A stretch of 38,253 bases of DNA from a virus. Taxonomy: Duplodnaviria; Caudoviricetes. The notes under the pieces are model-generated. The model was not told where the DNA came from. It did no database searches and was given only the letters and a program-made list of their open reading frames with translations. The stretch covers positions 1 through 38,253 of the IMG/VR virus record IMGVR_UViG_3300020042_000436. One strand, written 5' to 3'. The translations under genes were made by a program, and so were the position numbers. Below are positions 7,359 to 17,325 of this stretch, piece after piece (position 1 is the stretch's first letter; every line of letters begins with the position of its first letter).

Positions 7359-7958
7359 ATGGCAACCGGATGGGGCGTAGATGGTTGGGGTGATAACACT
7401 TGGGGCGGTTTTCCATTAGAGATAACCGGGAATAGTGCCGCTGGTGCCGTAGGCACAGTGACTGCATCCGGGGGAAATCTTTTTCCCATTACAGGGGTAA
7501 ACGCTTCTGGTGCAGTGGGGTCGGTAAGTATGGGTGCGCGAACCGTGGCACTTACTGGCGTGGCTGCATCCGGTGATGTGGGTACGGTGGATTTTCAGTA
7601 TGTTGCTTTTTTAGCTGGTGTAGAGGCTTTAGGCAACGTAGGCAATATGCTTGCTGCGCCAATTGGAACAAGCGTAAGCGCCGGGGGTCAGGTAGGGACG
7701 GTAGATTTGATTCGCACAGTTACCCTTACTGGTGTTAATGCGGTGGGTGCGGTGGGCACTGCAATTCCCGGAGTAGGCCCAATAGAAGACAGTGTGTTGG
7801 CAATAGGTAGTGTAGGCTCTATTGCAGCTACAAGCAGGACAATAGCACTTACTGGCGTTTCTGCGCAGGGGCAGGTAGGTATCGCAAACTATTTTTATTG
7901 GTCGTTGATTGATGACAATCAAACACCAAACTGGCAAAATGTGCCAATGACTGTGTAA
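7359..7958 (+). CDS. Tail/fibre-associated repeat protein
   Basis: N-terminal GWG-x3-WG-x3-WG, then repeated (L/I)TGVxAxGxVG units. Confidence 0.7.
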   Translation: MATGWGVDGWGDNTWGGFPLEITGNSAAGAVGTVTASGGNLFPITGVNASGAVGSVSMGARTVALTGVAASGDVGTVDFQYVAFLAGVEALGNVGNMLAAPIGTSVSAGGQVGTVDLIRTVTLTGVNAVGAVGTAIPGVGPIEDSVLAIGSVGSIAATSRTIALTGVSAQGQVGIANYFYWSLIDDNQTPNWQNVPMTV

Positions 7959-7969
7959 AGGATGATGAT

Positions 7970-9799
7970 ATGGCAGTAACTAATTTTACCCCCCTCCTTG
8001 GTCTGGCACTCCCTACCACGGGCGATCTGCAAGGCACATGGGGCGCTACGGTCAACACTGCAATCACTGATTTGCTTGATGATGCCGTTGCGGGTACGGT
8101 CACGCTTACAACGGACGCGGATGTCACGCTAACCACAACTAACGGCGCGGATAATCAAGCGCGTAACGCGATCATCCTGTGTACCGGGGCAAGGACGGCA
8201 ATCAGAACAATTACGGCCCCGGCGCAATCAAAAATATACGTCGTTATCAATGCAACCACTGGCGGGTTTGGTGTCAAGATTGTTGGTGCAGGCCCAACCA
8301 CAGGTATTACGGTGCTTGCGGGTACACGGGCTATTTTGGCTTGGAATGGGACAGATTTTGTTGTCTCAACGGGCGATTTGGTCGGCCCCTCATCTGCGAC
8401 TGACAATGCCATTACCCGGTTTGACTCAACAACAGGCAAGTTGGTACAAAACAGCTTGGTGACTGTGGCCGATGACGGAGCGATTGTTGCACCCCAAGTC
8501 GGGTCAATCATCCCGTTCTACTATGCCAACCAAGCAGCGTTTCCGTCAGCCGCTACTTATCATGGTGCTTTAGCCCACAGTCATGCTGATGGAGCGATGT
8601 ACTTTGCTCACAGCAGTGTATGGGTCAGGATATTAGATAACGGTGGGCCATTAGGAACACCCTCTAGTGGTACAGCAACTAATTTGACAGGTCTTCCTTT
8701 AACAACAGGTGTAACAGGTATTCTTCCTGTAGCCAACGGCGGTACAGCTACTGCTACTCCGGGACTTGTTCAGGGCAGCAATATCACAATTACAGGTACT
8801 TGGCCTAATCAAACCATTGCTGCCGCAGCACCCGGCTCAGGTACAGTGACAAGCGTTGCCGCAACAGTTCCAAGCCTTCTTAGTGTTTCTGGTAGCCCAA
8901 TCACCAGCAGCGGTACGCTTGCTTTTACCTACTCTGGTACGGCACTGCCCGTTGCCAACGGCGGTACAAGCCTGACGACCCTGACAGCCAACAACGTGAT
9001 TCTTGGCAACGGCACATCAGCGCCTTTGTTCGTAGCGCCAAGCACCAGTGGCAACGTGCTGACCAGCAACGGCACGACTTGGGCAAGTACGGCTCCAGCA
9101 ACGGGCGGTACGGTGACCAGCGCAAGTGTGGTGTCTGCCAATGGCTTTGCAGGCACAGTTGCAACCGCAACCACAACACCTGCAATCACACTCACAACGT
9201 CCATTACAGGCGTTCTAAAGGGCAATGGTACGGCGATATCTGCCGCTACTGCTGGTACTGACTATGTAACCCCAGCGGGCACAGAGACACTCACCAACAA
9301 AACAATTGCTTTTGGTAGCAACACCCTATCTGATGTGGCAAGCCTGTCTACAGCCCAAACCTTTACAAGCACAAAGACATTTGCTGGCTCATCTTCAGTG
9401 CTGGCAGAAATCCTGACTAACGCGGCAGAGGTAGCAACAATATCGGCTACAGCAGCTACCGGCACGATCAACTATGACATTACCACGCAGTCAGTCCTGT
9501 ACTACACCAGCAACGCATCAGCAAACTGGACTGTCAACTTCAGAGCGTCGAGTGGCACATCATTGAACACTGCCATGACGACTGGTCAGTCTGTGACTGC
9601 TGCCTTCCTTGTAACGCAAGGCGCTACGGCCTATTACAACAACGTGGTTCAGGTAGATGGTTCAACTGTGACCCCTAAATACCAGGGCGGCACAGCACCA
9701 GCGGCTGGTAATGCTTCAGTTGATGTGTATATGTACACCATCGTTAAGACGGGCAGTGCGGCGTTTACTGTCTTTGCTTCACAGACCAAGTTTGCATAA
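7970..9799 (+). CDS. Tail fibre protein
   Basis: N-terminal 'LGLALPTTGDLQGTWGATVN' attachment region; LPVANGGT and GTVTS repeats; Thr/Ala/Gly-rich. Confidence 0.85.
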   Translation: MAVTNFTPLLGLALPTTGDLQGTWGATVNTAITDLLDDAVAGTVTLTTDADVTLTTTNGADNQARNAIILCTGARTAIRTITAPAQSKIYVVINATTGGFGVKIVGAGPTTGITVLAGTRAILAWNGTDFVVSTGDLVGPSSATDNAITRFDSTTGKLVQNSLVTVADDGAIVAPQVGSIIPFYYANQAAFPSAATYHGALAHSHADGAMYFAHSSVWVRILDNGGPLGTPSSGTATNLTGLPLTTGVTGILPVANGGTATATPGLVQGSNITITGTWPNQTIAAAAPGSGTVTSVAATVPSLLSVSGSPITSSGTLAFTYSGTALPVANGGTSLTTLTANNVILGNGTSAPLFVAPSTSGNVLTSNGTTWASTAPATGGTVTSASVVSANGFAGTVATATTTPAITLTTSITGVLKGNGTAISAATAGTDYVTPAGTETLTNKTIAFGSNTLSDVASLSTAQTFTSTKTFAGSSSVLAEILTNAAEVATISATAATGTINYDITTQSVLYYTSNASANWTVNFRASSGTSLNTAMTTGQSVTAAFLVTQGATAYYNNVVQVDGSTVTPKYQGGTAPAAGNASVDVYMYTIVKTGSAAFTVFASQTKFA

Positions 9800-9808
9800 G
9801 GGACAACC

Positions 9809-11794
9809 ATGCCGTTAGTACAAACAAGAGGTGCGGCATCAGCCCAAGGTTTTGGTGAGTTTGCACAGGCTGCTGCTGTGCCCATCTACATTGAGGACGT
9901 GTTCAGCACGTTTCTTTATACGGGTACTGGCGCAACATTAACAATCACCAATAATATTGACTTGTCTACTAAAGGCGGTTTGACTTGGATAAAAGGTAGA
10001 AGCGGCGGAACTGACCACAAATTAACAGACACTGCTCGTGGTGCAACCAAAGCGTTAAAAAGCAATTCGACAGCAGCACAAACAACAGATACAACTGGTT
10101 TAACAGCATTTGGGACAACGGGATTTACGATTGGTGCTGATGCTGACTACAACACAAGCGCGGCTACCTACGTCTCATGGACATTCCGAGAGCAGCCAAA
10201 GTTCTTTGATGTTGTGACGTATACGGGGACGGGTTCTAATACAACAATTGCCCACAGCCTTGGCTCTGTTCCGGGAAGTATTTTTGTCAAGCGCACAGAC
10301 ACAACGGCAGCTTGGGCTGTTTACCACCGCAGCCTTGCAAACACGCAATACCTTGTTTTAAACACCGATGCCGGAGTAGCCACAGGCGCAACTTGGTGGA
10401 ATAGCACAACCCCCACATCCTCAGTCTTTAGCGTAGGCACTGACGCAAGCGTTAACGCATCAGGGGGCACATATGTGGCATATATCTTCGCCCATGACGC
10501 AGGAGGCTTTGGCCTGACGGGTACGGACAATGTGATTTCGTGTGGGACGTTTACTACTGATGGTAGTAGTGAAGCAACTGTAAATTTAGGTTATGAACCA
10601 CAATGGCTTTTAATTAAAACTCCGAACTCCGGTGGATATTATTGGCAGATAGTTGACAATATGAGAAATATGTCAAATGCGGGAAATTCTGTTTTATATC
10701 CAAATCTTAATAGCGCAGAAACAGTCTATACATCAGGTGGTATTGTCCCGACAGCGACTGGATTTAAGGGAGTAAGTGGGGGTGGAAATTGGTTGTCTGC
10801 TTCTACACCTTACATCTACATAGCAATTCGCAGAGGCCCGATGAAAGTGCCTACCGTTGGTACGACCGTGTTTGCGCCTAACGCAAGAGTAGGCACAGGA
10901 GCCGCCAGCGCACAAGTTACCAACATTAGCTTTCCTCCCGACATGAGCTTGACAAAGGTTTTGAACGCAACCAACAAGGCTGTTTGGTTTGACCGAATCA
11001 GAGGGCCACTAAAAGCTCTTAATCCTTCTGATACAGATGCCGAGGCTTCTATTTCCGGAACTTTACTTTCATTCAACATGAATGGAATAAGCATAGGTAA
11101 TACGGGTGAGTCAACTTATGACATGAACTACACAAGGAACTACGTTGATTGGTTCTTCCGCCGCGCCCCCGGCTTCTTTGATGAGGTTTGCTATACGGGT
11201 TCTTTGCCAAGTTTAACTGTTCCTCATAACTTACAAGCTGTACCAGAACTGATTATTGTTAAGGGACGTAGTGCAGTATTTCCGGCTTCTGGCTATAGGT
11301 GGACGGTATATAGCGCAACACTTGGCACGTCAAATGCTGTGTTTTTAAATACAAATGAAGCAAGCAGTTCTGTGGGTAGTACGTGGGACAGTACCACACC
11401 AACTTCAACAAATTTTTATGTGGGTAATCAAGGCCCAGTAAATTACACAGGGGAGCCGTTAATTGCCTATCTCTTCGCAACCTGCGCTGGTGTTTCTAAA
11501 GTCGGCTCTTACACAGGCAACGGCTCTACACAGACCATCAACTGTGGATTCACAGGCGGGGCGAGGTTTGTTGTTATCAAGCGTACAGACTCAACTGGTG
11601 ATTGGTACGTTTGGGACAGCGCAAGGGGCATTGTGGCTGGCAATGACTCACATTTAAGTTTAAACACCACAGCGCCTGAAGTTACATCAGACGATAGCGT
11701 AGATACCGATAACACGGGATTTATTGTTAATCAAGATTCAGCGACAAATATCAACGTCACATCAGCAACCTACATTTTTCTTTCGGTGGCTTAA
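9809..11794 (+). CDS. Tail fibre / receptor-binding protein with repeated YTG-containing beta domains
   Basis: Repeated 'YTG(T/N)G...(I/V)K(R/G)...W...D..RG' units; internal duplication FFDVVTYTG / FFDEVCYTG; followed by a chaperone gene. Confidence 0.8.
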   Translation: MPLVQTRGAASAQGFGEFAQAAAVPIYIEDVFSTFLYTGTGATLTITNNIDLSTKGGLTWIKGRSGGTDHKLTDTARGATKALKSNSTAAQTTDTTGLTAFGTTGFTIGADADYNTSAATYVSWTFREQPKFFDVVTYTGTGSNTTIAHSLGSVPGSIFVKRTDTTAAWAVYHRSLANTQYLVLNTDAGVATGATWWNSTTPTSSVFSVGTDASVNASGGTYVAYIFAHDAGGFGLTGTDNVISCGTFTTDGSSEATVNLGYEPQWLLIKTPNSGGYYWQIVDNMRNMSNAGNSVLYPNLNSAETVYTSGGIVPTATGFKGVSGGGNWLSASTPYIYIAIRRGPMKVPTVGTTVFAPNARVGTGAASAQVTNISFPPDMSLTKVLNATNKAVWFDRIRGPLKALNPSDTDAEASISGTLLSFNMNGISIGNTGESTYDMNYTRNYVDWFFRRAPGFFDEVCYTGSLPSLTVPHNLQAVPELIIVKGRSAVFPASGYRWTVYSATLGTSNAVFLNTNEASSSVGSTWDSTTPTSTNFYVGNQGPVNYTGEPLIAYLFATCAGVSKVGSYTGNGSTQTINCGFTGGARFVVIKRTDSTGDWYVWDSARGIVAGNDSHLSLNTTAPEVTSDDSVDTDNTGFIVNQDSATNINVTSATYIFLSVA

Positions 11795-11804
11795 AGGACA
11801 CACT

Positions 11805-12302
11805 ATGCAAATCAGAACATCAACAGGCGCAGTCATGTACGAAGCAGAGTTTCGCGCATACACAAAAGCCAATGGCGGCCCTACATGGGACACAACAACA
11901 GATGAAGTCTTAACGGCTCTAGGGGCTGATGTAGTCTTTGAAGGCCCACAAGCCACAGGCGGCACGGTCTATCAGTACAGCCAACGCAGCGGAGTAGAGC
12001 AACTCGACGGCAAGTGGTACACCAAGTACATCGCTGGCCCAGTCTTCACTGACCGCCCTGCGACTGACACCGAGCCTGCCCAAACCGCTGCCGAGCAAGA
12101 GGCCGCGTACAAGGCTATGAAGGACACCGAGCAGGCCAAGTCTGTACGCACCTCACGCGACGACAAGCTCAAAGAAACCGACTGGCGCTATCGCCGTGAC
12201 CAGACCACAACGCCTGAATGGGACGCATACTGCCAAGCCCTGCGCGACATACCAGCACAAGCTGGTTTCCCTTGGACTGTTGACTGGCCTGTGCAGCCGT
12301 AA
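11805..12302 (+). CDS. Tail fibre assembly chaperone
   Basis: RBS AAGGA before ATG 11805; C-terminal 'VRTSRDDKLKETDW...WDAYCQALRDIPAQAGFPWTVDWP' signature. Confidence 0.8.
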   Translation: MQIRTSTGAVMYEAEFRAYTKANGGPTWDTTTDEVLTALGADVVFEGPQATGGTVYQYSQRSGVEQLDGKWYTKYIAGPVFTDRPATDTEPAQTAAEQEAAYKAMKDTEQAKSVRTSRDDKLKETDWRYRRDQTTTPEWDAYCQALRDIPAQAGFPWTVDWPVQP

Positions 12303-12757
12303 TGCTTGACCTCACCAAAGCCATTGGAGCCGTTGCCGCTAGTGTCGCCGCACTGGGGGGCAGTTACACGCTTGCTGATAAGTTTGGTTGGTTTGACAGA
12401 GCTATCCTTGAGTGGTCACCAGAGAATTTTAAAATTGTGGCTGAAGCAGGCAAACCCATCAACGTCACAGTAGCCAGAATTAAAAAGCGTGATGATTGCT
12501 CAGTGGAGAGTTTTACCCCAAGCATCAGGGATGCCGCAGGTATGGTGCATCAAGCAACAACAACCGCAAGCAAGTTCAGCGGCCCAGCGGGGCCAGATAT
12601 TGACACGTTCACATACCAGCTTACGATGGTAAACAAAGAGAAAATTGCCAGCGGTAAGGCAACTTTACTGGCGACCATCAAGTACAAATGCCCCGAGGGT
12701 GAGCGCGTTGTGCAGTACCCCCGCCATACCAATCTGAGTTTTGAGTTGAAGGGGTGA
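12302..12757 (+). CDS. Membrane-anchored protein in the lysis cassette (function unknown)
   Basis: N-terminal Ala/Gly-rich hydrophobic helix; soluble domain with two Cys; directly upstream of the endolysin. Confidence 0.6.
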   Translation: MLDLTKAIGAVAASVAALGGSYTLADKFGWFDRAILEWSPENFKIVAEAGKPINVTVARIKKRDDCSVESFTPSIRDAAGMVHQATTTASKFSGPAGPDIDTFTYQLTMVNKEKIASGKATLLATIKYKCPEGERVVQYPRHTNLSFELKG

Positions 12758-12761
12758 AGTA

Positions 12762-13277
12762 ATGGCTCAGTTTGAACCCGCCTTTGAACAGATGATGCGC
12801 GACGAGGGCGGCTACGTCCTCCACGAAGTTCCCGGTGATACCGGGGGTATGACTTACGCTGGCATTGCCAGAAACAAGAACCCGCAGTGGCCCGGTTGGG
12901 CGCTCGTAGATAAGCAAGAGTTTGGCGGCTCCCTCACTCCAATGGTGCGTGAGTTTTACCGCGCTGAGTTCTGGGACAAGATGCGCGGCAACGAGATTTC
13001 AAACCAAGACGTAGCCAACACCATCTTTAATTTTGGCGTAAATGCTGGTATGGGCATGGCTGTGAAGCTGGCGCAACTCGTTGTAGGTACTACTCCTGAC
13101 GGCGGCATTGGCCCGAAGACGGTTGAAAAACTCAACCAGATACCTGACGGTCAGCGGTTTAAAGAGTCCTACGCCTTGGCAAAAATTGCACGGTACGTTG
13201 AAATATGCAACAAGAACCCTGTGCAAGTTAAATTCCTCAAGGGTTGGATTAACCGCACGTTGAAAGGTCTAGCATGA
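12762..13277 (+). CDS. Endolysin, glycoside hydrolase family 108 with C-terminal peptidoglycan-binding domain
   Basis: EGGY...D.GG.T..GI motif, 'FYRAEFWD', 'FNFGVNAG', 'DGGIGPKT', 'FLKGWINR'. Confidence 0.9.
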   Translation: MAQFEPAFEQMMRDEGGYVLHEVPGDTGGMTYAGIARNKNPQWPGWALVDKQEFGGSLTPMVREFYRAEFWDKMRGNEISNQDVANTIFNFGVNAGMGMAVKLAQLVVGTTPDGGIGPKTVEKLNQIPDGQRFKESYALAKIARYVEICNKNPVQVKFLKGWINRTLKGLA

Positions 13278-13693
13278 GCTTACTTGGCATTGGGTCAATT
13301 ATTGAAGCTGTGGGCAAGGTTGCTGGCGACCTCATTACCACTGACAAAGAGCGGTTGGAAATGGCGATTGAGCAGCGCAAACTTGACCTTGAAGAGAAGA
13401 AGCTCGACATGGCCGGGGACATGGCTCAGATTGAGGTCAACAAAGAAGAAGCCAAAAGCAGCAGCTTTTTTGTTTCTGGATGGCGACCTTTTATCGGTTG
13501 GGGCTGCGGTATTGCGTTTATCTACTCCGCACTAATTGAGCCAATCTCCCGCTTTGTTGCAACCACTATTTTCACGTATGGCGGTACTTTCCCGACCATT
13601 GACACTGACTTGACCATGCAGGTGATGTTGGGTATGCTTGGCCTCGGCGCAATGCGTTCATATGAGAAGAAAAGTGGCGTTGCCAGCAAATAA
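13274..13693 (+). CDS. Holin (3TM, GTA-holin type)
   Basis: 'QIEVNKEEAKS..FFVSGWRPFIGW' and 'LGMLGLGAMRSYEK' signatures; hydrophobic segments. Confidence 0.85.
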   Translation: MSLLGIGSIIEAVGKVAGDLITTDKERLEMAIEQRKLDLEEKKLDMAGDMAQIEVNKEEAKSSSFFVSGWRPFIGWGCGIAFIYSALIEPISRFVATTIFTYGGTFPTIDTDLTMQVMLGMLGLGAMRSYEKKSGVASK

Positions 13694-13702
13694 AGGTGAC
13701 CC

Positions 13703-15802
13703 ATGCCATTACAAAAGATTCTGTTCAAACCGGGTGTGAACAAAGAAAATACCAGATACACCACTGAGGGTGGCTGGTATGACTGCGACAAGGTTCGTTT
13801 TCGCCAAGGTACTCCCGAGAAAATCGGTGGCTGGACTGGCTTTGCAAGCGGTGTGTTTCTTGGCATCTGCCGTTCGCTGGGAAACTGGATTACCCTTGCA
13901 TCGCTTAACCTAATTGGTGTCGGTACAAACCTAAAGTTCTATATCTTGAGCGGTGGTAACTACTACGACATCACCCCAATCCGAAAAACAATCGCACTAA
14001 CAAACCCGTTCACGGCCACTAACGGTTCAGCAGTTATTGCTGTTTTTGAGACAAACCACGGCTGTGTGCAGGGTGATTTTGTGACGTACAGCGGTGCAGG
14101 TATTACGGGGCTTGGTGGGAACATCACGGCGGCGGTACTTGCAAACACATTCCAGATTGTTTTTATTGACGACAATAACTACACCATCACAGTATCAGCC
14201 ACTGCAAATGCTACGGACGCTGCTGGTTCCCCCGGTGGCGGTACAGTCGTAACGCAATACGAAACCAATACTGGCCCGTCTTACCAGATACCACTTGTCG
14301 GCTGGGGTGCTGGCACGTGGGGCGGTGGTACTTGGGGGAATGGGTCAAGCACTTCTAGTTCCTTGCAGTTGTGGAACCAGCAGAACTTTGGTGAAGATTT
14401 AATCTACGGCCCCCGTGGGCAAGGTGTTTACTACTGGAGCGCTAACGTAGGCTTCTCCCCCATTCAGATTACCATCAGTATTGCAGCCCCCGGTGTTATC
14501 ACGCTACCCGCAGGGTTTTCGTTCCCAGACGGTACGACAATCTCGCTCACGTCTACAGGCGCTCTGCCAACTGGGTTGACCGTGGGTCAGGTTTACTTTG
14601 TAGTGAACTCCACAGGTGGTACGTTTAACGTATCTACCACTATTCAAGGTACACCAATCACCACGTCAGGCGGTCAATCAGGCATCCAGCGTATTTCTCA
14701 ACGTGGCATTGACTTGGCTGATGCTGGTGATGCAGATACCCCGCTGTACCAGAACTACGTCTTAGTGTCTGATGCGTTTCGTTTTGTAATTGTATTTGGT
14801 ACAAACGACTATGGTAGTAGCGTATTGAACCCGATGTTAATTCGTTGGTCAGACCAAGAAGACCCGTTTACATGGACTCCACAAGCTACAAACCAAGCAG
14901 GTAGTTTGCAACTATCCCACGGTTCTGAAATTATTACCGCTATCCAATCTCGCCAAGAAATTGTAGTATTTACAGACTCTTCAATCTATTCATACCAGTA
15001 CGTAGGCCCGCCTTTTGTATGGACTGCCCAACTGATTGCAGATAACGTATCCATTATTGGCCCTAACGCTGCTGTTATTGCTTCCGGTGCGGTGTACTGG
15101 ATGGGTATTGATAAGTTCTACAAATACGACGGTCGTGTACAGACATTGAAATGCGACTTACGCCGTCATATTTTTAGTGACTTCAATGTGCTGCAAACCC
15201 AGCAGATTTATGCAGGTACGAACGAAGGTTTCAATGAAATCTGGTGGTTCTACTGTTCGGCAAACGCAACTTCAAGTGACCGTTATGTAATCTACAACTA
15301 CATAGAGGATATATGGTACTACGGTGACTTGGGGCGTTCGGCTTGGCTGGACTCTGGCCTGTTGCCATTGCCTGTTGCTGCTACATATGACAGTGAACTT
15401 GTACAGCACGAAGACGGTGTAGATTCCTACGTACTAGGTACGCCTACCGCTATAGCTGCCAACATCTCTTCTTCTGAATTTGACATTGGCGACGGCCACA
15501 ACTTCGGTTATGTGTGGCGCGTATTGCCTGACTTGACATTCACAGGCTCGTCTTCCAGTCCCACCCCTACGGTGACCATGACTCTTTTCCCAATGCAGAA
15601 CTCAGGGTCTGGTACTGGGAACTCGGCTGCGGCAAACGTGACCAAAGGCTCCAACTACGTTATTACCGAAGAGTTTACGGGGCAGATATACACCCGCGCT
15701 CGTGGTCGTCAGATGATTTTTAAAATCTCATCAGATCAACTTGGTACGACATGGCAACTGGGCGCACCCCGAATTGATATTCGTCCTGATGGACGTAGGT
15801 GA
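13703..15802 (+). CDS. Tail nozzle / DNA-stabilisation protein (tubular protein B or P22 gp10-like beta-propeller)
   Basis: 699 aa; 'KPGVNKENTRY...DCDKVRFRQGTPEKIGGW', 'LIRWSDQED', 'FNEIWWFYCS', C-terminal 'PRIDIRPDGRR'; precedes the internal-protein genes. Confidence 0.7.
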   Translation: MPLQKILFKPGVNKENTRYTTEGGWYDCDKVRFRQGTPEKIGGWTGFASGVFLGICRSLGNWITLASLNLIGVGTNLKFYILSGGNYYDITPIRKTIALTNPFTATNGSAVIAVFETNHGCVQGDFVTYSGAGITGLGGNITAAVLANTFQIVFIDDNNYTITVSATANATDAAGSPGGGTVVTQYETNTGPSYQIPLVGWGAGTWGGGTWGNGSSTSSSLQLWNQQNFGEDLIYGPRGQGVYYWSANVGFSPIQITISIAAPGVITLPAGFSFPDGTTISLTSTGALPTGLTVGQVYFVVNSTGGTFNVSTTIQGTPITTSGGQSGIQRISQRGIDLADAGDADTPLYQNYVLVSDAFRFVIVFGTNDYGSSVLNPMLIRWSDQEDPFTWTPQATNQAGSLQLSHGSEIITAIQSRQEIVVFTDSSIYSYQYVGPPFVWTAQLIADNVSIIGPNAAVIASGAVYWMGIDKFYKYDGRVQTLKCDLRRHIFSDFNVLQTQQIYAGTNEGFNEIWWFYCSANATSSDRYVIYNYIEDIWYYGDLGRSAWLDSGLLPLPVAATYDSELVQHEDGVDSYVLGTPTAIAANISSSEFDIGDGHNFGYVWRVLPDLTFTGSSSSPTPTVTMTLFPMQNSGSGTGNSAAANVTKGSNYVITEEFTGQIYTRARGRQMIFKISSDQLGTTWQLGAPRIDIRPDGRR

Positions 15803-15805
15803 CCT

Positions 15806-16201
15806 ATGTCAATGCTCCAAAACCGTTCGTCGCCTAATATTCCGCAAGCCCCTGCGGAGTACGATGTTGCGTACATGAATGCGTTTAGTAATGTCATCCG
15901 TTTGTTTTTTAACACGATCAATACTGTCCAGCAGTTAAATTTAGCAAGTTTAAATTTAGATTTAAAGACGTTACCTACAGATGAAGACCTACAAAACTTG
16001 CGGCTTGGTGATGTCTACAGAGACACGCAAGGCGGCACGCTGCAAACAGGTACAAACATCTTGCGGATTAAGGTGCCCATTGAACTGCTTGGTGTGCAGG
16101 CTACGGGAGCGGTAGGCAGTGTTGGGCCTGTTGGGGGCACAATCACTAGAAATTTAACTGGTGTTCAGGCGACTGGTGCAGTTGGCACAGTGACCCCTTA
16201 A
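15806..16201 (+). CDS. Virion protein following the nozzle (hypothetical)
   Basis: 'P.AP.EYD..YMN.F..VIRLFFN' N-terminus; C-terminal GVQATGAVG repeated twice. Confidence 0.7.
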   Translation: MSMLQNRSSPNIPQAPAEYDVAYMNAFSNVIRLFFNTINTVQQLNLASLNLDLKTLPTDEDLQNLRLGDVYRDTQGGTLQTGTNILRIKVPIELLGVQATGAVGSVGPVGGTITRNLTGVQATGAVGTVTP

Positions 16202-16210
16202 TACTAAAAT
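16182..16210 (+). promoter_or_regulatory. Possible sigma70 promoter for the internal-protein module
   Basis: TTGGCA (16182-16187), 17 nt, TAAAAT (16205-16210), upstream of RBS GAGGAG and ATG 16234. Confidence 0.4.
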
Positions 16211-16233
16211 GCACGATAACTGAGGAGAACATT

Positions 16234-17316
16234 ATGGCTGGTGGTGGAATTGGTGAAGCAATGCTGCTTGGTGCAGCAATGGGTGGTGGCGCTGCTGCTA
16301 TAACTGGTGGCGATCCGCTAAAAGGTGCTCTCCTCGGAGGCTTGACTGGCGGTGTCGGCTCGGGTATTGGTGGCGCTTTGGCGGGTGGGGCAGAAGCTGC
16401 TACTTTGGCTACTGCGGGTACTGAAGTAGCCGCTCAAACTGCTGCCCAAGCTGCTGGTCAAACTGCTGCTCAAACTGGAACAGGGGCGGTTATTGGTACT
16501 GGTGCGCCAACAATTGCCAATGCTCAAGGAATTGCAAGTTTGTCTAGCGGTGCGCCAACTGTAGCTAATGCAGCGGCGGCTAATACCGCAGCAACTGCCT
16601 CTGGGGCATCGGGGCTTAACAGCATGTTCCCATCCCCAATTGAAATGTACCAATCCGCAATTCCATCTGCTAGTACAGCCCCACTGTATACACCCCCTCC
16701 TTCTGCTGCTGCCGCCTTCCCTGCTACTGGTGGGACATTTACCCAAGGTATGGCAAGGTTTGCCGATAACCCGCTGGCTTCTATTAATGCTAATCGTTTT
16801 ACCGCTGGGGCTTCAGCTTTAGCGGGTGCTACTGGTGGTAGAGAAGAATTTGAACCCCCAGACCAAACTTATAGGGGGCCGTTAAGCCGTTATAGATTTG
16901 ATCCAGACGTATACCGCTCTGCTTTTGCTAACGGTGGTATTGCTTCATTGGCTTCTGGTGGATATGACCGAGTGGTTGGTGAACAACCTATGTATTCCTC
17001 TAACATGGCACGAGGTGGTATCTCTGATTTGGGTGGCTACTCTGATTACGCACGGGGTGGCCGCATGCTGCGTGGCCCCGGTGATGGGATGAGCGACAGC
17101 ATTCCTGCATCTATTGAGGGTAAGCGCCCTGCGCGTCTGGCTAATGAAGAGTTTGTGGTTCCTGCTGATGTAGTCTCCCACCTTGGTAATGGCTCTTCTG
17201 ATGCGGGTGCCAAACAACTCTACGCCATGATGGACAAAGTTCGCACCGCCCGTACAGGCCGTAAGTCTCAAGGCCGAGAGATTAATCCCAGCAAGTACAT
17301 GCCTGCTTACGCATAG
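16234..17316 (+). CDS. Internal virion (ejection) protein with glycine-zipper N-terminus
   Basis: MAGGG start; GxxxG-rich hydrophobic N-terminus; C-terminal 'GPGDGMSDSIPA...RLANEEFVVPADVV' domain seen in phage virion proteins. Confidence 0.7.
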   Translation: MAGGGIGEAMLLGAAMGGGAAAITGGDPLKGALLGGLTGGVGSGIGGALAGGAEAATLATAGTEVAAQTAAQAAGQTAAQTGTGAVIGTGAPTIANAQGIASLSSGAPTVANAAAANTAATASGASGLNSMFPSPIEMYQSAIPSASTAPLYTPPPSAAAAFPATGGTFTQGMARFADNPLASINANRFTAGASALAGATGGREEFEPPDQTYRGPLSRYRFDPDVYRSAFANGGIASLASGGYDRVVGEQPMYSSNMARGGISDLGGYSDYARGGRMLRGPGDGMSDSIPASIEGKRPARLANEEFVVPADVVSHLGNGSSDAGAKQLYAMMDKVRTARTGRKSQGREINPSKYMPAYA

Positions 17317-17325
17317 GGGGATGTA

